A DNA stretch of 64,000 nucleotides from the NCBI GenBank assembly GCA_965247095.1, contig OZ251997.1, positions 1,344,001 to 1,408,000 on the forward strand, read 5' to 3'. Under the pieces are notes generated by a model. The model saw nothing but the letters and a program-made list of their open reading frames with translations. It did no database searches and had not been told where the DNA came from. Position 1 is the stretch's first letter, and the number at the start of each line of letters is the position of its first letter. The DNA is from Candidatus Multivorans sp. (GTDB lineage: Bacteria > Acidobacteriota > Thermoanaerobaculia > Multivoradales > Multivoraceae). This document shows positions 29,352-38,600 of this stretch, one piece after another. The translations under genes were made by a program, and so were the position numbers.

Positions 29352-29487
29352 CCGGGTGGCGCGCCCCGCGCCACCCGCGAAACACTCCGTTCGCGAGTCA
29401 TCGAGCGGACGGATGACATCCGGGTGGCGCGACCCGCGCCACCCGCGAACCATTCCGTGCGCGAGTCATCGAGCGCTCGGATGACAC
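29352..29487. repeat. Two tandem 68-bp structured units in the trkA/DUF1801 intergenic region
   Basis: Units 29352-29419 and 29420-29487 differ at 7 of 68 positions; each holds three inverted repeats. Confidence 0.85.
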
Positions 29488-29589
29488 ACCCGGCAGTCTG
29501 CGGCTCACTCCGCCTGCGTCCGGCGGTCTGTTACGGTAGCCGCTTCCTTCCGCAAGGCGGTGATTGTTCGCCCCGATTGAGGGTCGCTT

Positions 29590-30012
29590 GTGAGCGAACT
29601 GAAGACGAAGCAGAACGACGCCAGCGTCGAGGCGTTCCTGGGCGCGGTCGGCAGCGATCGGCGGCGTGAGGACAGCTTCACCGTCCTCGAGTTGATGAAG
29701 CGGATCACCGGCGAAGAGCCCCAGATGTGGGGCGCCGCGATCGTCGGCTTCGGCAGCTACCGCTACCGCTACGCGAGCGGCCGCACCGGAGAATGGCCGC
29801 GAATCGGTTTCTCGCCCCGCAAGCAGAGCCTGACCGTCTATGTCATGCCCGGGTTTTCGGGCTACGACGAGCTCCTCTCCCGACTGGGCAAGCACCGGAC
29901 CGGCAGGTCCTGCCTCTACATCAACAAGCTGGCCGACATCGACATGGGCGTGCTCGAAGAGCTGATCAGGAGCGCCCTCGACGCGATGCGGGAGAAGTAC
30001 CCGGAGGAATGA
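29590..30012 (+). CDS. DUF1801 domain protein
   Basis: MWGAAIVGFGSYRYRYASGRTGEW, GFSPRK, LGKHRTGRSCLYINKLADID. Confidence 0.9.
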   Translation: MSELKTKQNDASVEAFLGAVGSDRRREDSFTVLELMKRITGEEPQMWGAAIVGFGSYRYRYASGRTGEWPRIGFSPRKQSLTVYVMPGFSGYDELLSRLGKHRTGRSCLYINKLADIDMGVLEELIRSALDAMREKYPEE

Positions 30013-30020
30013 AGGAGCAA

Positions 30021-30818
30021 ATGAACTACGAACGGATCCTGCTCGAACGGGACGGGAATCTCGCCGTCATCAAGCTGAACCACCCGGAGGTGCTGAACGC
30101 AACGGACGCGCAGATGGTCGCCGAAATGGGCGACGCCGTGCTGCGCATCCGCGATCCCGAAAGCGGCGTGCGCGCCCTCCTGCTCACCGGTGAGGGCCGC
30201 GCCTTCTGCTCGGGCGCCAACCTGTCCGGCCGCGGCAGCCAACCGGAGGGCGCCGTGAACCCGACCGCCCGCGAGAACCTGCGCAACAACTACCACCCCC
30301 TGCTGCTGTCGCTCCGCGACCTCGACATACCGATCGTCACGGCCGTAAACGGGGCCGCCGCGGGCGTCGGCATGAGCTTCGCCCTGATCGGCGACCTGGT
30401 CTGCGCCTCGAAGCAGGCCTTCTTCCTGCAGGCGTTCGCTCGCATCGGGCTGGTGCCCGACGGCGGCGCCACGTTCATGCTTCCGCGCCTGATCGGCTGG
30501 GGCCGCGCGGTCGAACTCTCCATGCTCGCGGAGCGTCTGCCGGCCGACAAGGCGTTCGAGTGGGGCCTGATCAACCGCCTGTACGACGACCAGGAGTCCC
30601 TGATGGAGGGCGCCACCGAGCTGGCCCACCGCCTGGCCAACGGTCCGCGCTCCCTGGGGATGATCCGCCAGGCCTACTGGGCCACCTGGCAGAACGTGTA
30701 CGAGCAACAACTCGACCTGGAGGCGAGGCTCCAGGCCGAGGCCGGCGCCACCGAGGACGCCCGGGAGGGCGTTCTCGCCTTCCTCGAGAAGCGGCCCGCT
30801 CAGTTCAAGGGACGCTGA
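30021..30818 (+). CDS. Enoyl-CoA hydratase/isomerase
   Basis: AAGGAG SD; GRAFCSGANL, AVNGAAAGVG, FARIGLVPDGG, AFLEKRPAQFKG. Confidence 0.93.
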   Translation: MNYERILLERDGNLAVIKLNHPEVLNATDAQMVAEMGDAVLRIRDPESGVRALLLTGEGRAFCSGANLSGRGSQPEGAVNPTARENLRNNYHPLLLSLRDLDIPIVTAVNGAAAGVGMSFALIGDLVCASKQAFFLQAFARIGLVPDGGATFMLPRLIGWGRAVELSMLAERLPADKAFEWGLINRLYDDQESLMEGATELAHRLANGPRSLGMIRQAYWATWQNVYEQQLDLEARLQAEAGATEDAREGVLAFLEKRPAQFKGR

Positions 30819-30823
30819 TCTCC

Positions 30824-32761
30824 ATGTTCGCTCGTGTGGCCGTCGTTGTTTTCCTCGCCAGCGGCGCCGCGCTGGCCGCGCAGGAGCCGGTCGAGTGGCG
30901 CCACTACGCCGCCGACCGGGCCAGCACGAAGTACTCGCCAGCGTCGCAAATCGACGCGTCGAACGTCTCGGAGCTCGAGGTTGCGTGGCGCTGGGTCACA
31001 CCCGACGGTCAGGTCGACACGAAGGCGCCGGCCGGCGACCTCAAGGGCACGCCGCTCATGGTCGGCGACACGCTCTATGCCGTGTCGGCCCTGAATCTGG
31101 TCAGCGCGGTCAACCCGGAGACCGGCGAGGAGTTGTGGACCTACGACCCCAAGGCCTACGAGCGCGGCACGCCGACCCACGGCGGCTTCACGCAGCGCGG
31201 CATCGAGTTCTGGGAACACCGCGGCATGCAGCGCATCGTGCTGGTCACCGGCACCCACCAACTCGTCTCCCTGGACGCCAAGACCGGCAAGCCCGACCTC
31301 GAGTTCGGCGAAGCCGGCATGGTCGACATGCGCAGCGACATCGGCCAGCCGGACCAGATGCGCCAGACCGGCGCCAACTCCCCGGGGATCGTCTGCGGCG
31401 ACACGATTCTGATGGGCATGACGATCATGGATTTCTCCTTGACCCAGAAGATGCCGGCCGGCCACATCCGCGGCTACGACATCCGCACGGGCAAGAAGAA
31501 GTGGGTGTTCCACACCGTGCCGCAGGGCGACGAGCCGGGGGCGGAGACCTGGCACGACGAGTCATGGCGCTACTCCGGCAACAGCAACGTGTGGTCGTGG
31601 ATGAGCTGCGACGACAGGACGGGCTGGGTCTACTTCGGCACCGGCACACCGACCAGCGACTACTACGGCGGCCACCGCCACGGCGACAACCTCTACGCCG
31701 AGAGCCTGGTCGCCATCGACACCGCGACCGGCGAAAAGAAGTGGCACTTCCAGGCGGTGCGGCACGGTCTCTGGGACTACGACTTCCCGTGCGCGCCCAT
31801 CCTGCTCGACATCGAGGTCGACGGGAAGCGCATCGAGGCGGTGGCGCAGGTCAGCAAGCAGGCCTTCACCTACGTCTTCGACCGCAAGACCGGCGAGCCG
31901 GTGTGGCCGATCGACTACCGCAAGGTGCCGGAGAGCACCGTTCCGGGGGAATGGACCGCGAGCATGCAGCCCTTCCCCACCAAGCCGCCGCCGTTCGACC
32001 GCCAGGGGGTGCGCGAAAGCGACCTCATTGACTTCACGCCCGAGCTGAACGCCAGGGCGATCGAGATCTACCGTGCGACCCTGCTCGGCGGGCCGCTGTT
32101 CACGCCGCCGATCGTGGCCGGCAACAACGGCAAGGCGGCGATGGCGCAGTTGCCCGGTCAGGCCGGCGGCGCAAACTGGGGCGGCGCCGCCGTCGACCCG
32201 GAAAGCGGCGTCCTGTTCGTGCCCTCGCAGACCCGGCTCGGCACGATGTCCCTGAACCCGCCGACCGGGCGCCAGCGCTCCGACCGCGACTACCTGCCGG
32301 GATTCACGTTCCCCGCCGGGCCCGAGGGTCTGCCGCTGACCAAGCCGCCCTGGAGCCGGCTCACCGCGATCGACCTGAACCGCGGCGAGATCCTGTGGCA
32401 GACGCCGCTCGGGGACGGTCCGCGCAATCATCCGGCCCTGGCCGACCTCGACCTCGGGCCGCTCGGCGCCTGGCCGCTCGGCGGCCTGACTCCCGGCTGG
32501 CCGATGGCGACCGGGACCCTGGTGTTCGTCGTCACCAGCGAGCAGGAGCCCGGCAACTACGCGCGGCGTGGCCCTTCGATCGGTCTCCTCTACGCCTTCG
32601 ACAAGGCGACCGGCGAGGAGATCTGGCGCACGAAGTTGCCCGACACCCCGGGCGGCGGCCCGATGACCTACGTCGTGGGCGGGCGCCAGTTCCTGGTCGT
32701 GCCGGTCGGCGACCGCGGCCAGGAGCACTCCCTGGTCGCCTACGCCCTGCCGCAGGAGTAG
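30824..32761 (+). CDS. PQQ-dependent dehydrogenase (glucose/quinate DH-like, exported)
   Basis: Signal peptide; KYSPASQID, HGLWDYDFP, GGANWGGAAVDP, PPWSRLTAIDL, PMTY. Confidence 0.9.
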   Translation: MFARVAVVVFLASGAALAAQEPVEWRHYAADRASTKYSPASQIDASNVSELEVAWRWVTPDGQVDTKAPAGDLKGTPLMVGDTLYAVSALNLVSAVNPETGEELWTYDPKAYERGTPTHGGFTQRGIEFWEHRGMQRIVLVTGTHQLVSLDAKTGKPDLEFGEAGMVDMRSDIGQPDQMRQTGANSPGIVCGDTILMGMTIMDFSLTQKMPAGHIRGYDIRTGKKKWVFHTVPQGDEPGAETWHDESWRYSGNSNVWSWMSCDDRTGWVYFGTGTPTSDYYGGHRHGDNLYAESLVAIDTATGEKKWHFQAVRHGLWDYDFPCAPILLDIEVDGKRIEAVAQVSKQAFTYVFDRKTGEPVWPIDYRKVPESTVPGEWTASMQPFPTKPPPFDRQGVRESDLIDFTPELNARAIEIYRATLLGGPLFTPPIVAGNNGKAAMAQLPGQAGGANWGGAAVDPESGVLFVPSQTRLGTMSLNPPTGRQRSDRDYLPGFTFPAGPEGLPLTKPPWSRLTAIDLNRGEILWQTPLGDGPRNHPALADLDLGPLGAWPLGGLTPGWPMATGTLVFVVTSEQEPGNYARRGPSIGLLYAFDKATGEEIWRTKLPDTPGGGPMTYVVGGRQFLVVPVGDRGQEHSLVAYALPQE

Positions 32762-32771
32762 AGCCGAACGA

Positions 32772-33452
32772 TCAGCGCCGCTTGGAAAGGCGCGCATCCG
32801 GCGGATCGCTGATCCACTCGGCGCCCTGCTCCCATGCGTCGTCGAAGATCGTGTCGCGGATCGGCCGCCGGCGGAGTGGACCGTGCCGTCCCAGAGGCTT
32901 GCCGATCGTGATCGTCAGCGACAGTTCTACGTTGTCCGGAACCTCCAGAATCTCGCGCAGTTCGTCCGCCACGGCGTGGTGCCAGCCGCTGTAGCAGGCG
33001 CCGTAACCCAGCGCCCGCGCCATCAGGAAGAGGTTCTGGCAGGCCGGAAAAACCGACGCCCCCTCCGAGTGGGTCAACCCCCGATAGCGGACGTAGCAGG
33101 CGATGATGACCGCCGGGATCCGCTCGAAGTGATCCACGTAGTGCTGGATCGCGCGGTTCGCCCGCGACTTGGGCGAGTCCGGGTCGGCGGCCGATCCCCG
33201 GTTCCAACCCTCCTGCTCCATCTTGTGCGCCCAGCCGTGACGAAACGACTCGCCCAGCAGGCGGCGCGCGCGCCGCGCTCTGGGTCCGTCACGCAGGACG
33301 ATGAAGCGGAAGGGCTGGCGGTTCGTGCCGGACGGCGCCCGGCTCGCCGCATAGAGAATGCGCGCCAGATCCTCGTCCGGGATCGGCTCGGGGCTGTAGC
33401 GCCGCACGGAGCGCGCGGTGGAGAGCAGTTCGAAGAAGTCGTCGGGGTCCAT
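32772..33452 (-). CDS. Nitroreductase family protein
   Basis: RSVRRY, RAPSGTNRQPFRFIV, QNLFLMARALGYG. Confidence 0.9.
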   Translation of the reverse strand: MDPDDFFELLSTARSVRRYSPEPIPDEDLARILYAASRAPSGTNRQPFRFIVLRDGPRARRARRLLGESFRHGWAHKMEQEGWNRGSAADPDSPKSRANRAIQHYVDHFERIPAVIIACYVRYRGLTHSEGASVFPACQNLFLMARALGYGACYSGWHHAVADELREILEVPDNVELSLTITIGKPLGRHGPLRRRPIRDTIFDDAWEQGAEWISDPPDARLSKRR

Positions 33453-33574
33453 GGGCCTACGATCCCCCACCCGCGAAGTCCGCGTCAAGCGATAGGATCA
33501 TTCCCATCCCTCCACTCTCTCCCAAGTGAAGCGCCGGCCCGTGGGGGCGGCCGCCGACCCAGAGGTACCAGACG

Positions 33575-34780
33575 ATGCAGAAACTCGCCCTTCGTGTTCT
33601 CCCCCTTGCCCTGGTCTTCGTCGCCACCGCGGCGGCAGCGCAGCGCAGCGAACTGACCCTGCAAGTAGCCGACATCGATGGCAACGAGCTGGGGCCTGTG
33701 AGCCTCGTCTTCACGTCGCCCGAAGGCGAAGTTCTGGCAGCGGCCACCAAGAAGAACGGCAAGCTCAAGATCCGGCTGAAGCCGGCGGATGCACCATACA
33801 AGCTGCTGCTGCGGATGGAGGGCTATCCGGACCAGGAGAGAGAGTTCAACATCAGCGAGGGCCGCGACGCTACCTTCACCGTCCGGCTCCTCGACGAAGC
33901 CACGATGATCAAGCAGGAGGCGGTCGACAACTTCAACGATGGGATCCGGGCGATCCAGGGAGGAGATGCCGAGAGTGCTCTGCTCCTGTTCGAGAAGGCG
34001 GTGGAACTCGATCCGACGATTGCCGCCGCATACCGAACGATCGCGGCCATCCTGCACGGCATGGGGAAACCCGCGGAAGCGCTGGCGCCACTGGACAAGT
34101 ACCTTGAGTTGGAGGAACTGCCGACGCAGTTCGTGGGCATGGCCTTCGACATCTTCCTGGCCGCCGGCGACCCCCGTGTCGAGGACGCGAAGCAGAAGGC
34201 GGTCGCCGCCGGCATGGGAATGGAGATCGCGGCCGGCGTCTTTTCGCAGGGCGTTGCGGCGATCCGGGCAGGCGACGAAGAGCGAGCCATCGAGTTGTTC
34301 GGCGAAGCGGCTTCGCTCAACCCCAAGCTCTACCAGGCCCACCGAAACATCGGCACGATCCACTTCAACAACCAGAACTGGGAGGGAGCCCTGGAGGCGC
34401 TGGGCAGCACCCTGGAGCTCGATCCACGGAACACCGAGGCGCTGCGCATGAGCTTCTTCAGCCACGCCCTGCAGGGCCACCTGGAGGACTCGATCGAGGC
34501 CGGCAAGGCCTGGATCGAGGCCAACCCGACCGCCGGGAACCAGGTTCTGCACCAGGCAAACCAGTTCTTCGAGAACAACGAGTTCGGCAACGCGAAGCTC
34601 TACTACCAGTCCCTGGTCGCCTGGGACGAGAACCAGCCGAAGGCCCACTTCCAACTCGGCATGCTCTACATCCGGAGCGCCGATTCGGCGGATGCGCGCC
34701 GGCACTTGGAGAAGTTCCTGGAGATGGCGCCCGATCACGAGGACGCCGAGTCGGCCCGCGAGGCGCTGCGGCAGTTGTAG
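33575..34780 (+). CDS. Secreted TPR protein with N-terminal carboxypeptidase-regulatory-like domain
   Basis: Signal peptide; repeated A..L.P TPR helices; C-terminal FLEMAPDHEDA. Confidence 0.85.
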   Translation: MQKLALRVLPLALVFVATAAAAQRSELTLQVADIDGNELGPVSLVFTSPEGEVLAAATKKNGKLKIRLKPADAPYKLLLRMEGYPDQEREFNISEGRDATFTVRLLDEATMIKQEAVDNFNDGIRAIQGGDAESALLLFEKAVELDPTIAAAYRTIAAILHGMGKPAEALAPLDKYLELEELPTQFVGMAFDIFLAAGDPRVEDAKQKAVAAGMGMEIAAGVFSQGVAAIRAGDEERAIELFGEAASLNPKLYQAHRNIGTIHFNNQNWEGALEALGSTLELDPRNTEALRMSFFSHALQGHLEDSIEAGKAWIEANPTAGNQVLHQANQFFENNEFGNAKLYYQSLVAWDENQPKAHFQLGMLYIRSADSADARRHLEKFLEMAPDHEDAESAREALRQL

Positions 34781-34910
34781 AGGTCTCCCCCGGTAGCGTT
34801 GCCGTTCCCAGGGGAAGGCGCCCGTTCCGTGGCAGCGCAAGCGCCCCCCAGGGATGCGGGCGTCTCATCTGCGTCGGGTCGGTTGCGGCCGATAGCTCGA
34901 TCGCTAGCAG

Positions 34911-35519
34911 CTAGTAGTGGTCGCCCTCGTTCTCTGGCCTGTTAGCCGTACCGGACCCTACGGTCTCCGGCACGCCCGCCTCGGCGCCGGACTGCGTCTC
35001 CGCCGCCCCGCCGCTGGTCGCCGCCTTGTCCGCGCTGCGGATCCACTGGATCTCGTCCAACGCAGCGAGTCTCTCCACGGCGGAGAGCGGGAGCCGCGCT
35101 CGGATGGCCCGGTACCGCGGCACGCTGGCGATCACCGTGCCGCCAAGGAACTTGATGCACTCCAGCACCGACGGCGTGACGTCGGCCCGGATGTCCACCT
35201 TCACCAACTCGTCAGAGCCCGGCTGGTCGCGAAGCGCCCGCCATGCGTCCAGGAGTCGCGAACCCACCTTTCGCTGGGCGAACGTCCGCTGCGCCTTGGC
35301 GGCCAGGATCTCCGCAATCTGCCGGTCGGCAGTTTCGGACGCCTCTCCATCGGTCCGCGCCGGCGGCTGTTGTGCGCAATCCCGCCCCTTGACCTCGGCG
35401 GCGAGTGGAGAAACCAGCAGGCCGGCCGTGACTACGACGATGAGCCACACCGCCCTGTGCCCGCCACGGACCGGACGCCGCCACGGTTGCTGCAGAACCC
35501 GACTCTCGACGATGTTCAT
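34911..35519 (-). CDS. Secreted stand-alone homolog of the adjacent subtilase propeptide
   Basis: TAGAAT -10 and AGGAG SD upstream; signal peptide; AAKAQRT..QRKV and VDIRADV..LGGT.I.SVPRYR..RA.LP..AVERLA shared with the 35610-40472 N-terminus. Confidence 0.8.
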   Translation of the reverse strand: MNIVESRVLQQPWRRPVRGGHRAVWLIVVVTAGLLVSPLAAEVKGRDCAQQPPARTDGEASETADRQIAEILAAKAQRTFAQRKVGSRLLDAWRALRDQPGSDELVKVDIRADVTPSVLECIKFLGGTVIASVPRYRAIRARLPLSAVERLAALDEIQWIRSADKAATSGGAAETQSGAEAGVPETVGSGTANRPENEGDHY

Positions 35520-35609
35520 GTCCGTTCTCCTGGTCGGAGGATTCTATCGTCCCGCCCGGACCGGCTCTCCTTGTGGCGGGTGGCGCCGAACTCCGTCCCT
35601 GCCTGGCTA

Positions 35610-38600
35610 CTACTGTCCGCAGCCCTCCGGGAAAGCCCCTACGTCGGTGACCGCCGGCGCCGGATTGCCGACGCCCTTCGTGTAGGTGCGGCTCGCACCC
35701 GTCACCGTGTCCGTCACCACGAGTTCCAGCCCCACGTCCGTGGCGAAGGCCGCGAATACCCAGTGCCTCTCGTTGAACGCACAACCGTCCAACACTTTCA
35801 CCAGCATCTCCCAGTTCCGGGAATCGAAGAAGTAGAAGAGGCCTGAGTCCGCCGTCCCGACCGAGACCGGTCGCCCCATGCCTTCACGTCCATCCGCCGT
35901 GAACCACCTGACTGTCACTTCGTAGCGGTCGTCCTGCAGACACAACGCCGACCCGCCGAGGCAGCCGTGCGACGCCGGCTCGGCGCTCGAGCCGCCTGTG
36001 CTGCCGTCTCCCCCCGACCCGTCGGCTGCTGCCGGGGAGGTCGAAGCGCTTGCGCCGCCAGCACAGCCCTGCGGAAACGCCGTTACATCCGTGATCGCCG
36101 CGGCCGGCAGACCGGGATCGTTGTCGTACGTCCTGGTGCTGTTGGTCAACGTGTCCGTCACCGTGATCAAGTAACCCTGATCCGTGGTCGAGGCGCCGAA
36201 CACCCACACCTTGCCGTTGATCGAGCAACCGTCCAGCACCTTGATCAGCACCTCCCAGTTCTCGCGCTCGAAGAACCAGAACAACCCGGAGTCGTTCGTC
36301 CCCGCATGGGCCACTCTCGCGTTGCCGCTCTCACCGTCCTTGGTCCACCAGGACACCCGCACCGCGTAGCGGGAATCCTGCAGGCAGAGCGTCTCGGCAT
36401 CCGGGTCGCAGGTCCCCGCCGGATCGCTGGCCTCCACCAGCACCACTCGGGACGCCGTCGAAGAGGTCTCACCATCACTCACGGTCAGGGACACCGTGTA
36501 GAACCCCGGCGAGGTCCAGGCGTGATCGGGCCGTGCCGCACTCGACGTCGTGCCGTCTCCGAAGTCCCAGTGCCGCTCCACGACCGTTCCGGGACTCGTA
36601 TCCTCAAACGACACGGGTACCCCCGTCCGCCCGCTGCACAGATCGCCGGCACACTCCGCACTCAGCGTGAAGCGCGCCGTCGGGGCCACCGGCGGCGGGT
36701 CGGGGTCCGGCGGCGGGTCGGGGTCCGGCGGCGGGTCAGGATCCGGCAAGGTCGGACCCTCGCGAATCTGCCGTCCGAACTCCTGCCAGGTCGCCTGCCC
36801 ATCTCCGTCCAAGTCCGCCATCAAGGCCGGATACTGCGCCGCCGTCCCAAAGTCCCAGGAACCGTCCGGAGCTCCATCGCCGTTCAAGTCCAGCGAACTC
36901 CACGCCTGATAAATGCCGCTGTAGTTCGTTGGCGCCTGCAACTCCGCGGTCGTTCGACCTTGGCCAAAGGTCCCGGTCGTATGACCTGAGGTGCTCGTGT
37001 CCCAGTAACTCGCGGTGATGTCGCCTTTAGACACGTAACCGGCCAACCCGCCGACACGATCTCTGCCCGAAACCCGCGCCGCGGCGTAGCTGGCGATGAT
37101 GTCGCCGTGACCGCCTCCTTTCTCGTGTACGTTCCCCAACAAACCGCCGACTTCGTCTCTGCCCGACACGCTGCCCATGGCGTAACTGGCGATGATCCGG
37201 CCCCTGTATAGGTGCCCGAACAGCCCGCCGACACTGTCTCTGCCCGACACGCTGCCCGTGAAGTAGCTGCCGATGATCTCGCCGCCCGTTATCGCCGGAA
37301 GCGAAATTACGGCGCCCCCAACTAGTCCACCGACTCGGTCCTGCCCTGACACGATGCCCATGAAAAAGCTGTTGGTGATCTCGCCGGAATGAAACGCGAC
37401 CAGCCCACCGACAACGTTCTCACCCGACACATGGCCCGTCGCGTAGCTGGCAGTGATCCCGAAGGTCTTGGGAATGACCCATCCCGCAAGCCCGCCGACA
37501 AGGTGTCTGCCCGACACGCGGCCTGTGACGTAGCTGCCGCTGATCTCTCCGGCAGCAGCAAACCCGACGAGCCCGCCGACAAGATCCCTCCCAGTCACAT
37601 CAACGCCGATCAGGCCGACGTTCCGAATGACGGGTGCTGAACCAGGGCCCTTGCGGAAGTCGTAGTCCACGACCGCGAAAAGGCCCGTAGCCGTCTGCCA
37701 CTCGTCTTCACCGTCGTCGGGCATCTTCATGAACAGGTTGGCAATGGTATGTCCATTGCCCTCGAAGGTCGCCACGAACGTGTCCGCGCTCCCATAACCC
37801 CCGACCCAGTGCACCCCAACGCAATGAAGACACCGGTACCAAAGATGGCCCAGGCCGATGGGGTCCCAGCCGGCGCCGTCGTTCCAGTAGGCGTCGCCGG
37901 CATCGGCGGCGCCGTTCCCATTCGTGTCGAAGTCCAGGTCCGCCGTCAACTCGTAGCCCGTGCATCCGCCGGGGCACCCCATGCCCGCCGCCGCTTCGGA
38001 AAAGGCCTCTCCATACGTCCGCCAGTTCGCCGTCTCGTCCGTCATACCGTCGCCGCTCAAGTCGTAGCGCACGGCGTTGAGCTGAGCCAAGGTGGCGATA
38101 TCGATCAGACCGTCGTCGTCGGCGTCGTAGTCCACAGCGCCCACCGCGGTCCCAACCGCGATCGTATCCGTCACGCTCAAACCGCCCGGATCCGTGGCGC
38201 GAACCGACACCATGACAACACTCGGCACCACCGGTGTCAGCGTCAACATGGAGCCCGTCAAGGAAATCGGCAGCCGGTCCGGATCGCCCGACAGCGCCCA
38301 ATAGGTGAGCGCGTCGCCGTCCGGATCGGTGAACCCGCTTGTTATGTCGATCGTCACCGCGGCGCCACCCGGAGCCAGCGTCGGGACCGTGATCCTGTTC
38401 GCTACGGGCGCACCGTTGCGGATCGCCGCGGGGACCGCCACCGCATCCACGGCCGCCGGCGCCATCACGATGCCGGCGCCGGAATCGCGATCGACGCCAG
38501 GCGCCTCGATATCGAGAGCCGATCCCCACATCGCCGCGCGGAGGTCGGCCATCGTGAGATGGGCGGGTCCGCCGGCCGCCTCCAGCATCAACGCCGCGAT

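Noticed and set aside
29352-29487. Possible mini CRISPR array
   Set aside because: Whole 68-bp unit is duplicated with no unique spacers; no cas genes in the window
37040-37620. Lower-GC imperfect repeats resembling a DGR or an insertion
   Set aside because: Explained by in-frame GLUG-type repeats of the protease; no reverse transcriptase in the window
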